Positions 13,799 to 26,770 of a stretch of 64,000 nt of DNA are shown here, in pieces. The notes below the pieces were generated by a model, which was not told the origin of the DNA, ran no database searches, and saw only the letters and a list, made by a program, of their open reading frames with translations. Source of the DNA: the human T2T-CHM13v2.0 reference genome, Homo sapiens; NCBI RefSeq assembly GCF_009914755.1, contig NC_060934.1; one strand, written 5' to 3'. The position numbers and the translations under genes are program-made. Positions within the stretch are counted from its first letter, which is position 1. Each line of letters begins with the position of its first letter.

Positions 13799-16700
13799 CA
13801 GAAGTGAAATCCAGAAGGTGGTAGAATAAGAAATCTCATCCTTTGTCTCCCCCAAAGAAAACAATTGGAAATCATTACTAATGAAAATAGTTATTGGAGA
13901 GTTAGGCAGTACAGTTAAGCAGTTGCAGCAACACAGTGGAAAACAAAAGGAGAATAACAGCACAGAAAGGATTAAAAAAAGAACAGCTTGTTTTTTTATG
14001 CATCATCCCATCGACCAAGCAAACACAGCTCGGCACTGAGCAAACTCTCCAGCTCATGAGTTCACCTCCCAGGGAAAAAGAGATTAGAGTGAGTGATCAA
14101 CTTTCCTAACCTTTCAGGACACTGCCCAAAGGACTCATTCCAGTTTCACGCCACCTAGATTGCTGGGGACACTGACATAGATGAAACATTTAGAGATGGC
14201 TAGGAACAAAATAGAAGGATGAGAGTGATCAGTATCAGCCATGTGATGAGATCCACCATGATCCCCCATGGCCTGTCTCCAAAGGACCCGAGCAACCTTC
14301 ACCACTGAGGATCTCAACAACCACTGAAACTGCTTCAATACCCTTGGAGAAGGAGCTGGTGCTATAACACTGATGGCCAAAGCCACCCTGATACACACAC
14401 ATACAACCCATCTGCACACAATTGTGAAGCACCAGAGTCCAGCTCCATGGCTGCCCGGAAACCAGTTCCACTGCCTTACTCTGCATCCCCTCATCCCAAA
14501 CCCTGGAGCCATGGTCACTCCATGTATTGGTGCATTCTGGTCCCAGGTTTCATGGTTACTCCACAATCACTCACACATCTGACACTGCCACCCTGCCACT
14601 GCATGGTAGACCTAGAACAAAGAGAAATATCTTCTAAGATGATTTCCCTATGAGGGTCAAAGACAGAATAGTATGATCCCAGCAGCCCTAGCTGCCAAAA
14701 ACTGTACTGTCTTTATTGATGCTAACCTCAACTGACAGAACCATACAGAGACTACACTGCAGTACTCTCTCTGGAGCCAGAATTGTATCACACATCCAGT
14801 GCTTCTGTACTGACCTATAAGTGAATGTTCTTCCTCACTGAAACTAATTTGTAAACTCTAGAAGAGGTGACTGTTCTATCAAATGTAGACGTCGACGCAA
14901 AACTACATGAAACCCCTAAATTTAAGGAAACATAATACCACCAAAGGAACGCAATAATGTTCCAGTAACTGACTCCAAAGAAATTGAGATCTAGGAATTG
15001 CCAGACAAACAATTCAAAATAATTGCCTTAAAGAATATCAGTGAGCTACCAGAGAATGCAGATAAACAACTAAAAAAAAAAAAAATCAGGAAAACAGTAC
15101 ATTTACAAAATATAAAGTTCAACAAAGAGATTGAAATTACAAAAAAGAAACAAACAAATTCTGGAGATGATAAATACAGTGACTGAACTGAAGAAAAATT
15201 AATAGAGACTTTAACAGCACACTTGATCAAGCAAAGAAAGAATCAGTGTGAATTCATAGACAGATCACTTAAAACTACCCAGTCAGAGGAAAATAATGAG
15301 AAAGAAAGAAAACAAAGGGTCATCTCTTCAACAAATGCTGGGAAAACTGGATATCTATGTGTAGAAAAGTGAAATTGAACCTTTATCTCTAGCATATAGA
15401 AAAATTAACTAAAAAAGGAATTAAAGACTTAAATGTAAGACCTAGTATCATAAAACTACTAGAAGAACAGATAGAGAAAAAGCTTTTTGATATTGGTCTG
15501 GGTCATTATTTTTCTTTTTTTTTTTTTTTTTTATTGATCATTCTTGGGTGTTTCTCGCAGAGGGGGATTTGGCAGGGTCATAGGACAATAGTGGAGGGAA
15601 GGTCAGCAGATAAACAAGTGAACAAAGGTCTCTGGTTTTCCTAGGCAGAGGACCCTGCGGCCTTCCGCAGTGTTTGTGTCCCTGGGTACTTAAGATTAGG
15701 GAGTGGTGATGACTCTTAACGAGCATGCTGCCTTCAAGCATCTGTTTAACAAAGCACATCTTGCACTGCCCTTAATCCATTTAACCCTGAGTGGACACAG
15801 CACATGTTTCAGAGAGCACAGGGTTGGGGATAAGGTCACAGATCAACAGGATCCCAAGGCAGAAGAATTTTTCTTAGTACAGAACAAAATGAAAAGTCTC
15901 CCATGTCTACTTCTATCCACACAGACCCGGCAACCATCCGATTTCTCAATTTTTTCCCCACCCTTCCCGCCTTTCTATTCCACAAAACCGCCATTGTCAT
16001 CATGGCCCATCCCCAATGAGCCGCTGGGCACACCTCCCAGACGGGGTCGTGGCCGGGCAGAGGGGCTCCTCACATCCCAGACGATGGGTGGCCAGGCAGA
16101 GACGCTCCTCACTTCCCAGACGGGGCGGCGGCCGGGCAGAGGCTGCAATCTCGGCACTTTGGGAGGCCAAGGCAGGCGGCTGGGAGGTGGAGGTTGTAGC
16201 GAGCTGAGATCACGCCACTGCACTCCAGCCTGGGCACCATTGAGCACTGAGTGAACGAGACTCCGTCTGCAATCCCGGCACCTCGGGAGGCCGAGGCTGG
16301 CGGATCACTCGCGTTTAGGAGCTGGAGACCAGCCCGGCCAACACAGCAAAACCCCGTCTCCACCAAAAAAAAACGAAAACCAGTCAGGCGTGGCGGCGCG
16401 TGCCTGCAATCGCAGGCACTCGGCAGGCTGAGGCAGGAGAATCAGGCAGGGAGGTTGCAGTGAGCCGAGATGGCAGCAGTACAGTCCAGCTTCGGCTCGG
16501 CATCAGAGGGAGACCGTGGAAGGAGACCGTGGAGGGAGAGGGAGGGGGAGGGGGAGGGGGAGGGGGAGGGGGAGAGGGAGAGGGAGAGGGAGAGGGAGAG
16601 GTGGGTCATTATTTTTCTGCATATGACACCAAGAAAAAGCAAAAATAAACAAATGGGATTGCGTCAAAATAAAAAGCTTTTGCACATCAGAGAGAACAGT

Positions 16701-17662
16701 CAATAGACTGAGTCAAAAGACAAACTACAGAGTGGAAAAAATATTTGCAAACCATTTATCTGGTAAGGAATTTTAATATCCAATATATAAATAAGAAACA
16801 CATGCAACCCAATAGAGAGATAACAATAATAACAAAATTTTAAAATGGGCAAAGGATCTGAACAGAGATTTTCAAAAGAAGACATACAAATAGCCATGAT
16901 GTGTATGAAAAGTTTCTGAAACTCATTCTCATCAGGAAAATGCAAATCAAAACCAAAATGAAATATTGCCTCCCACCTGTTAGAATGGCGGTAATTAGAA
17001 AGATGAAAGATAGTATGTGTTGGAGAGGATGTGGAAAATTAAAACCCTGTACATTGCTGGATTGAATGTAAGTTGGTACAGCCATTATGGAAAACATTAT
17101 GGAGATTCCTCAACAAGTTAAAAATAAAGTTAGCTTATATAATTAGCTATCTCTTTCCTGATATACATCCAAAGGAAATAAAATCAATATGTCAAAAAGA
17201 CATCTGCACTTTTATGTTCATTTCAGCATTATTCACAATAGCTGAGATATGCAAACAATCTAAATGCTTGTCCAAAGATAAATTAATTAAAGTGTAATTA
17301 TATATATATACACACACAAAAATACATATATTTAGTATATACACATATGTGTGTGTGGTTAATATATATATACAAACCACATTTTCTTTATTCATTATAC
17401 ACACATATATATTTATTTATATTAAAGAAATGTATGTCACCTTTAAAAAAGAAATACATTCTGCTATTTGAGATAACATGAATGTACCAGGACATGCTAA
17501 GTGAGAAAAGCCAGGCACAGAAACTCAAATAGTGCATGATATCACTTCTATGTGAAATCTAAAATAGTCAAATTTAATGAACCAGTGATTAGAATGGCAG
17601 TTACCAGGGCCTAGGTGGAGGGTTGCAAAGTCTCAGTATGCAAGAATAATAATTTTGGAGCT
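13799..17662 (+). mobile_element. Second L1 (L1MA/L1PB-like): 5' UTR and ORF1 start, large internal deletion at ~15315, then ORF2 3' end and 3' UTR; interrupted by the SVA and a (TA)n tract
   Basis: ORF1 remnant (L)PDKQFKIIALKNISELPENADKQL...KFNKEIEI (14998) is followed directly by late ORF2 CTCTTCAACAAATGCTGGGAAAACTGGATATC (15324). L1 resumes at 16602 after the SVA; (TA)n at 17300-17420. Confidence 0.8.
15516..16601 (-). mobile_element. SVA retrotransposon (SVA_E-like), all domains present, very short VNTR, 17 bp TSD
   Basis: Poly(T) 15516-15532; SINE-R 15533-~16028; VNTR ~16029-16143; Alu-like ~16144-16530; (GGGAGA/GGGGGA)n 16531-16601. Perfect TSD TGGGTCATTATTTTTCT at 15499-15515 and 16602-16618. 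CTATCCACACAGACCCGGC and CATCCCCAATGAGCCGCTGG match my recollection of SVA_E. Confidence 0.97.
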
Positions 17663-18291
17663 CTAAAAGACAAATAAGCCAGTTAAACAATGGACAAAAT
17701 ATTCACTGGCTATTTCCCCAAAGAAGGTACATAAATGACCACTACACAGGGAAAGAATCTTAACATCATTGGTCATGAAGAGGATGCAAATGAAAATCTT
17801 GAGATACCAACTCATACCCATAAGGATGGCTGTAATGAAGAGAGACAATAACAAGTGTTTACAAAGATGTGGAGAAACTGGAGCCCTCATACATTGTTGG
17901 TGGAAATATAAAATAGAGTAGCCATTCTGAAAAAGAGCTTGGCAGTTCTCAAAGAGTTAAATATAGAGTAAGTATCTTACCCAGCAATTCCACTCCCAGT
18001 TATGTACTGAAAATAATTAGAAGTTATACCCACACAAAAACTTGTGATTATTTGTATTATTGACAGTATTATTGACAATAACAAAAAACTGGAAAAAACC
18101 CAAATAGTCATAAATTGATGAATACATGAACAAAATGTGGTAAGTCTATACCATGGAATATTATTTAGTCAGAAAAAAAGAATAAAGTTACAGCATAGAT
18201 ACACCTTGAAAAATTATGCTAAGTGAAAGAAATGAAACACAAAAACCATACGTTTTATAATTCTATGTATATGAAACCTCCAGAATAGGCA

Positions 18292-19026
18292 TGATGTGGT
18301 GTAGATTTGTTTCCCCACCCAAATCTTATGTCGAATTGGAAGAGGGCCCTGCTGGGAGGTGATTGGATGATGGGGGTGGTGTGTCCCCATGCTGTTCTAA
18401 TCACAGTGAGTGAGTTCTCATGAGATCTAATGGTTTAAAAGGGTGTGGCACTGGCTGGGCACAGTGGCTCATGCCTGTAATCCCAGCAATTTTGGAGGTC
18501 GAGGCCATTGGATCACCTGAGGTCAGGAGTTTGAGACCAACCTGGCCAACATGGTGAAACCCCGTCACTACTAAAAATACAAAAATTAGCGGGACGTGGT
18601 GGCAGGTTCCTATAATCCCAGTTACTCGGGAGGCTGAGGCAGGAGAATCGCTTGAACCTGGGAAGCAGAGGTTTCTGTGAGCCGAGATTACACCACTGCT
18701 CTCCAGCCTGAGTGACAGAGTGAGACTCCATCTCAAAAAAAAAAAAAAAAAAAAAAAGCCGGGGGGGAGGGGTGTGGCACCTCTCCACTCGCTCTCTCTC
18801 CCTCTCTCTCTCTCTCTCTGTCTCTCTTGCTCTCACTCTGCCATGGTAAGACGTGAATGCTTCCCCTTTGCCTTCCACCATGATTGCATGATTATAAGTT
18901 TCCTGAGGTCTCCCAGCCATGCCTCCTGTTAAGCCTGCAGAACTGTCAGTGAATTAAACCTCTTTTCTTCATAAATTACCCTGTCTCAGGTAGCTCTTTA
19001 TGGCAGTGTAAGAACAGACTAATACG
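18292..19026 (+). mobile_element. MSTA-like MaLR solo LTR with 5 bp TSD, interrupted by an Alu
   Basis: Starts TGATGTGG, ends GAACAGACTAATACG; TSD AGGCA at 18287-18291 and 19027-19031; internal (CT)n. Confidence 0.9.
18453..18757 (+). mobile_element. AluS (Sx-like) inside the MSTA LTR
   Basis: GGCTGGGCACAGTGGCTCATGCCTGTAATCCCAGC through to poly(A); TSD GGGTGTGGCAC at 18441-18451 and 18770-18780. Confidence 0.97.
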
Positions 19027-19604
19027 AGGCAAATCAGTGATTACAAGACACTGAAGTGGGGAGGGAATGGGTAATGACTGCTAATTTGTCCAGGGTTTCT
19101 TTTTCTCCTAAGTATGCCGATAACTACCAAATTGTATATTTTTAGAAGGTGAGTTTCATGGTCTGTATATTATAGTGCAATACACATACCGATATAAAAA
19201 TAGCAAATATTTAAAAAGTGATGACAAAATGTGTCATCCCTCACTCTCTAGTGTTGCTAAGAAAGTTTGTGGTGAGTCGTTCACATCATTTGCCACTCAA
19301 ACCAACTTTATTCAGACAGTGCTCAAAACCAAAGATTGCTTCAATTAATCTCCCTGCGTTACTGGGATCCATCTGTCATATGTGAAGATTTGGGACTACT
19401 TCCTATTCATTTCTTCTGCTTGAATCCCTGTCGGAAGCTCATGTTGCTTCCTTTTATTTGGTCCTTTCTCTAGTCTTCCCCCCACCTCTTTTTCCTGTTG
19501 TAAAGCATTAACTATAACATAAGTAATTGCTTATACTTTTTTAAAAGGTGAATTTCGTGGTACGTGTATTTCAGTCTTTTTCAAGAGTCAGTCTTCTTCC
19601 TTCA

Positions 19605-20196
19605 GAAGACAGCATTAAAAAGTAAATTGGCAACTTACAGATGAGGAGAAAATATTTCCAACACCTACATAGCATAAAAGACTTGGGTCCAGAATATATA
19701 ATAAACTCTTAAATGTCAAAGAAAGTAGATCATCCAAGTTTTTGATGAGCAAAAGACTTCAGCAGATAGATACTTCACAAAAGATGATACAGATGATATT
19801 TCATTGGTAAATAAGCATAAGCACAGATGTTTGACATTACTAATCATTAGGAAAATGCAAATTAAAACTACAGTGAGATAACAAAAACGCAGCCCTGGAA
19901 TGGCTAAAATTAAAAAGTTAAAAACTTCAAACTCGGCAAGGAACTGAAGCAACTAGAAGTGTCATATCCTGCTGGTGGTAGTGTAAAATGATGCTCGGAA
20001 AAACAGTTTGGCAGTTTGTTAAGTAGTTAAATGTACATGTACCAAATTAATCAGAAGTTCCACCGTAAGGTGTTTACCCAAGAAAAGCTAAAACATGTGT
20101 CCACAAAAGACTTAGAGAAGAAGGTTCATAACAGCCTTATTCCTAGTAAGAGAAAACTGGAAACAAATACACATCGAGAAAAGATTAAATTGTTTC

Positions 20197-20197
<1 letters not shown>
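19605..20197 (+). mobile_element. Ancient L1 (L1MC/ME-like) ORF2 3' fragment
   Basis: TAATCATTAGGAAAATGCAAATTAAAACTACAGTGAGATA; GGAAAAACAGTTTGGCAGTTT. Confidence 0.8.
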
Positions 20198-20582
<385 letters not shown>

Positions 20583-20584
20583 CT

Positions 20585-20951
20585 AATTTTCAATTCTCCA
20601 ACAACTTAACCACTGATAGCCTACTGTTGACCAAAAACCTTACCAATAATATAATGAATTAACACATAATTTCTATGTTAAATTTTATATATGGTATTTT
20701 TACAATGAAGAAAGCTAGACATAAGAAATGGTATTGAAATCATAAGGAAGAGAAAGTATATTTACTATTCATTAAGTAGAAGTGGATCATCATAAAGGTC
20801 TTCATCCTCCTTGTTTTCATATTGAATGAGCTGAAGTGGAGGAGGAAGAGGAGAGGTTGGTCTTGCTGTCTCAGGGGTAGGAGAGGTGGAATAGAATCTG
20901 CCTGGAAGGGGCCCCTTGAAGTTCAAACTCATGTTGTTCAAGGGTTAACTG
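20585..20951. mobile_element. Tigger2/Tigger2a-like DNA transposon remnant
   Basis: AATAGCCTACTGTTGACC-like motif, GGATCATCATAAAGGTCTTCATCCTC, terminal repeat TGTTGTTCAAGGGTTAACTG. Confidence 0.85.
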
Positions 20952-21019
20952 CACTTCTCTAACTAAATGCCTAAAAACAAACCAAAACAATTCATAAACT
21001 TAAAACTCATAAAAATATT

Positions 21020-21300
21020 TTATTACTCAAAGAAGAAATCATAAAATAAATGGGAAATACTTTGGAATAAGTTGCAATGAAAAACATTCAAAATTGTGAT
21101 ATGCTGCTGAAACCCTACTTAGGAAAAAAATAGCCTCAAAAAAGTAAGAAAGGCAGAAATTGATGAGTTAAACATTCAACTTCAGAATGTACCCAAAAAA
21201 CAAGAAGATAGACCCAAAGAAAATAGGTAATAGAAAATAATCAAAAAAGCGCAGAAATCAATAAAATAGTAATACAAAGATACAATAGAGACTTACAAAT
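21020..21300 (+). mobile_element. Ancient L1 ORF2 fragment
   Basis: CAAAATTGTGATATGCTGCTGAAAC...GCAGAAATCAATAAAATAG, A-rich. Confidence 0.6.
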
Positions 21301-21961
21301 GGATAGAAAATTGTCTGAAAGTGTGTATTTCACACTGTTAACAGCAGTTACCTTTCTGAGGAGAGAAGAGTGAAATTGATGTCAGGGTGTGGTGATGAGC
21401 TATAAGAAGAATTTTTTCCCCTTCTTTATTTTGAGACAGAGAGATGTATAAATGCAAATATCAAATTGCCATTTACATAATAAAATTATATTTATTTTAA
21501 TGTAAAAATAAGCATAAAAATACTGTTTTCATGTTCTGAAAAAAATTGTCAAGAAGATGGAATGAGAGGAGAGAGAAGGAATAATATGGGGCACCTTGTT
21601 GTGCCTCAGCAGAGTGTTGAGGAGGCACTGCTAGCCTCTGGCATCTCTGTCTTCGTTTCTGTTCTCACTCTGGCCCTGAGCTCTCTGATGATCTCAAGCT
21701 GCCTTACTTTTGTGTTCCATTCAAGTCTTTATAGGAAGTGCCCAATTCTACTCTTCTTCCCTGCATGGCTTCATTTCATTTTCGCATCCTAATACACGTT
21801 TAGAAGAAAACAAATGTGACTGGACCAAATCATAATAAAGAACTAACAGCATTTGGCAGTCCTCATGGGATGTAGCATTTAAAATCATGTTTCTGCAGCC
21901 AGTCAAATCTCTAAATGGTATAATATCATGCAAGAAAAATAAAGTGAAAATAACAGTTTCA

Positions 21962-22545
21962 GTCATTCAGCAGATATTTACTGTATGGCTACTATGTTTC
22001 AGGCACTGTATTCAGTCTTAGTTTTATAGGGATGAAAACAAAATTTAAAAAGATGGTTCTTCAGTAACATTACATTGTAGCTAGAAACAAAAAGCAGATA
22101 AAGGGAATACAATAATTACAGACTGTGATACATTCTCTGGCAGGTAAAGAGGATTAAAATAATGATAGGTAAACAGTGGTGTTCTCTGGATGACATGAGA
22201 CTTATACGCTAGTGGAGGACAGGGGATACCTTCCCTGGGAGACAATATTAATATGATGTTTCTAAGACAAGTGGAAGTAAGCCCTCAAAAAAAAATGGAA
22301 GCAAAAAAAAAAAAAGCTGCAGGCACATGAATGAAAGCATGTGCAAATGTCCTGGGGTAGAAAATGTCTCAGCCCCTCTGAGCAACACAGAGAAAACTGA
22401 CGTGACAGCAGCATGATGAGTGTGTGGCACAGGCTGGTGAGATGGTGTGCGAGAAACATGGCAAGGCCCACATCACATCAGTCCTCCTGGGCCATAAGGC
22501 ACTCTGTACATTTTATTCTTATTTAGCACAGAGAATATATAGAAA
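21962..22545 (-). mobile_element. L2 3' region
   Basis: CATTCAGCAGATATTTACTG...CTACTATGTTTCAGGCACTGT; GCATGTGCAAATGTCCTGGGG; GGCCATAAGG...TTTTATTCT. Confidence 0.7.
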
Positions 22546-22667
22546 ATAGATTGGAGGAGCACAGGACTTCCTCTGGGCTTCTTAACTCTCCTGTGTGACA
22601 AATCCTACCCACTTCATATGCTGTTATTTTTCTAGATCTGTGGTCATCAGATAGCTGTAAATCTTGA

Positions 22668-22997
<330 letters not shown>

Positions 22998-24662
22998 CTT
23001 CTAAATTATTAACTCGCTCTCTCCTAAGCATGGGGTGTGTCTCATTCTTCTTTGATATCCATTCCACGATGCAGAAAGCATAGCTGGTATTGACTTTGTT
23101 GGATCCAGTGAGCAGGCTGCCAGCCCTTCTCCCAGGTGTCAGTGCTTGCATGGCTGTGAGACAAAACTCTCAACGTGTGCATAAAAGCCCAGCTCAGGGC
23201 CCACGCATCCGACTGCTTTATGGCTCTTGACGTTGCTTGCCCATTACATTTAACAGCCCCTTACTTGCTGCCACATTTTTTCCTTGTTGGGCCACATAAA
23301 GGAGCCCACAATCTATGCAAGATTACTCCCAATTTAGAGAGCTCTGCAACCATCAGGAAAAAAGGGCAAGAAAGTTCCAGGAGTTCTACATTCTTAAACG
23401 TCAGGGTGGACCCTTCCGGTTAAACTAACCATGTGCCTTAAATTGAATATGTAAAACATGGCTCCGGTTGGTCGGCCCTGTAAGAGCAATCAGTTCAGAC
23501 AGAGGGAGTTAATCCAGAGTGTTCCATCGTTCACCCACAATGGCTCTCGAAATCAATGCCTTCTCTCAGAGATAGGGGAAACCTATGTCCATCGACAAGC
23601 TGAATGCAAGCATCCCTTGCTTTTCTATCATAAATAACATATCTAGGTAAGAAAATTATATGTGATTGCATCTCTCTTTTGTTCAGCTCTCTTTTTCTCT
23701 CTCTAGCCTGCCATACAGCCCATGAGCTTACCACCGAGAAGGCAATTATTTTTGAGTAAGAAAAGCTGACTCCATAGTGACCTAATCCAGACAAGCCAAA
23801 TTAACTCAGGTCAGAAAAATTGCTCAAAGCCTATCTTTCTAAGATTTTAAAACCCAGATCACCTTGTTTACCTCTCCTTGCAGATCAGCTACAGCCGCGT
23901 AGCACCAAGCCAATCTGAAAATCAGACTCTCAGCAGCACCAGTCATCTTGAACGTGGCCATCAGCTTGACTGTAAATAAAGAGACACTCCGAGAATGAAA
24001 AACCTGCCCCCAAAATGGCAGGTTCGGCCTCTGGAGGAGAAGCTGACATTTCTACTTTTGTCCTATTCAATTAGAATTACCCACTAAGTAAGGCAGAAAA
24101 TCAACTATAGAGGATGTCAACAGCACCAAGAGGAATGGCTGAGATAGGTCACACGAAGGAGCCACACCAACTGGAGAAGAGAACTGGAGAAACCAAGAGT
24201 GTTGTAGCTTTGGGGTGAAACGTCTCAGTTTCACAGGGGAAAGGTTTCAGAGTGACCCCTGAGCAGTGACTTCTTTGTACCAGTCCCCTCTGATCACGGA
24301 AAAGCTAAACTACCCTGACTCTGTCATTCTAGGGAGGGAAGAGTTCGCACCTTTAGATGTGGCAGTCTGACTTAAAAAGGTAACGTCTGCAAAAATGCAA
24401 AAGCTGGTTAAAATAACAAAAAGCTGAGCCTGTGCTGGTGCTCAACACTCTAAGCAAGGCGTGTGTGATGGAGAGTGTTATATTACTAGGGCAAAAAACT
24501 GTCCCAGTTTGCCAGGACAGGGGAGGTTCCTGGGAGGCAAAGGCTTCCCGCTTTAACACCAGGGTCATCCTAGTTACTGTGATGAAACAAGCTGTGGAAG
24601 CGGGTGCTTCATTAGGGCTGGAAAAGACCTGAGGCACACAGGCTGGGCTTCACAGGTCATTT

Positions 24663-25125
<463 letters not shown>

Positions 25126-25432
25126 GGAAAACCATCTTTTAGTTTTCAGAAAGCAGTCATCCTGTAAGAAGATAGCATAGGGAAGAGTGAGTCCTAAAGA
25201 GAACTTTGGCTCAAGTGTGAAGGAACGTGTCTTGGTCCTGACAGGCTGGTCCCTCCTGTGAAAGCTGGGGAGGTGGGAAGGAGGGCACAGTGCTGAAGTC
25301 ATGAGTTTAATGTGGGGAAGTGAGATGGGAATCCTGCCTTGCCGTTGCAGAACCTTGACAGAGCCAAGTTCCTGTTAGTTTTACCCTTGCTTTCTTCCCT
25401 GGAGTATCTTGAAATCCTTCCTCACCCCCCTA

Positions 25433-25478
25433 TTTCAATCACTGGTCAGTCATGGTTTCAATCACTGGTCAGTCATGG
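25433..25478. repeat. Perfect 23 bp tandem duplication
   Basis: TTTCAATCACTGGTCAGTCATGG twice (25433-25455, 25456-25478). Confidence 0.97.
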
Positions 25479-25912
25479 TGGCTCTGTGGGGACCCTTTAT
25501 CAGACATAATGAAATTCATGTAAATGAAGAATCTGACCCACAATCCTACAAGTTGATGCATCCAATGGGAACTTTTTGCCTCGTGGCATCTTGGTCTTCT
25601 GGTTCCTTAGCTCTGAATAGAAGTTTAATTGTCACTGTTGAGGTTAGACACAGCTGCATGTGCAGAGACTTCCCTGGGCATCTACTGAATGCCTCCCTGT
25701 TGTGTTCTGTGTAATCCTAAGAGTATTGAGGCACCAGGGAACAGCCACGTCAGATCCTTTCTTCCCTAAAAACACTCTCAATTGCTCCACTAAAAAAATT
25801 TTTTAAAAAGCAAATCTTGCATGAAACCCTAAGTCCCACCTTGTCACGGTGCCAAATCATGTACACATCAGACTGAATGTTATGCTGCTTATGTTTTCTA
25901 GCCATTTTGTGT

Positions 25913-26249
<337 letters not shown>

Positions 26250-26466
26250 TAGCCATTTTGTGTATGGACATTTCTAGCTCACATTTTCAGAAGTCACAAT
26301 CAGTGGCAGGCCTGTCTTCTGTTTTCCACCGGCGTTCATAAAAGCGCTAATGAAGGAGAAATGCGACAAATGAGGTGTCATTTTGGGGCTGGACTTCCAG
26401 GTGCTGCTGCCTTTGGGTTAACCCATTTTGATAAAAGTGTAACATTGTTCACTTTTAAAAAATATT

Positions 26467-26770
26467 GGCCGAGCGCGGTGGCTCACGCCTGCAATCCCAG
26501 CACTTTGGGAGGCCGAGGCAAATGGATCACCAGGTCAGGAGTTCAAGACCAGCCTGGCCAAGATGGTGAAACCCCATCTCTACTAAAAATACAACAATTA
26601 GCCAGGCATGGTGGTGCGTGCCTATAACCCCAGCTACTCTGGGAGGCTGAGGCAGAGAATTGCTTAAACCCAGGAGGTGGAGGTTGTGGTGAGCCGAGCT
26701 GGTGCCACTGCACTCCAGCCTAAGCAACAGAGCAAGACTCCGTCTCAAAAATAATGATAATAATTATTAT
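26467..26770 (+). mobile_element. AluS (Sg-like)
   Basis: GGCCGAGCGCGGTGGCTCACGCC...GACTCCGTCTCAAAAATAAT. Confidence 0.96.

Larger units (their letters stand above)
17663..19185 (+). mobile_element. Old L1 (L1MB/MC-like) ORF2 3' end and 3' UTR, interrupted by an MSTA LTR
   Basis: ATGCAAATGAAAATCTTGAGATACCA; CCAGCAATTCCACTCC; ATGGAATATTATTTAG; continues at 19027 after the LTR. Confidence 0.85.

Noticed and set aside
15703-16706. Overlapping ORFs up to 183 aa
   Set aside because: All lie within the SVA (SINE-R, VNTR, Alu-like and hexamer translations).
19130-19570. Similar 35 bp motifs at ~19135 and ~19533
   Set aside because: Both look like termini of old L1MB/MC-type 3' UTRs, so shared repeat ancestry explains them better than local duplication.
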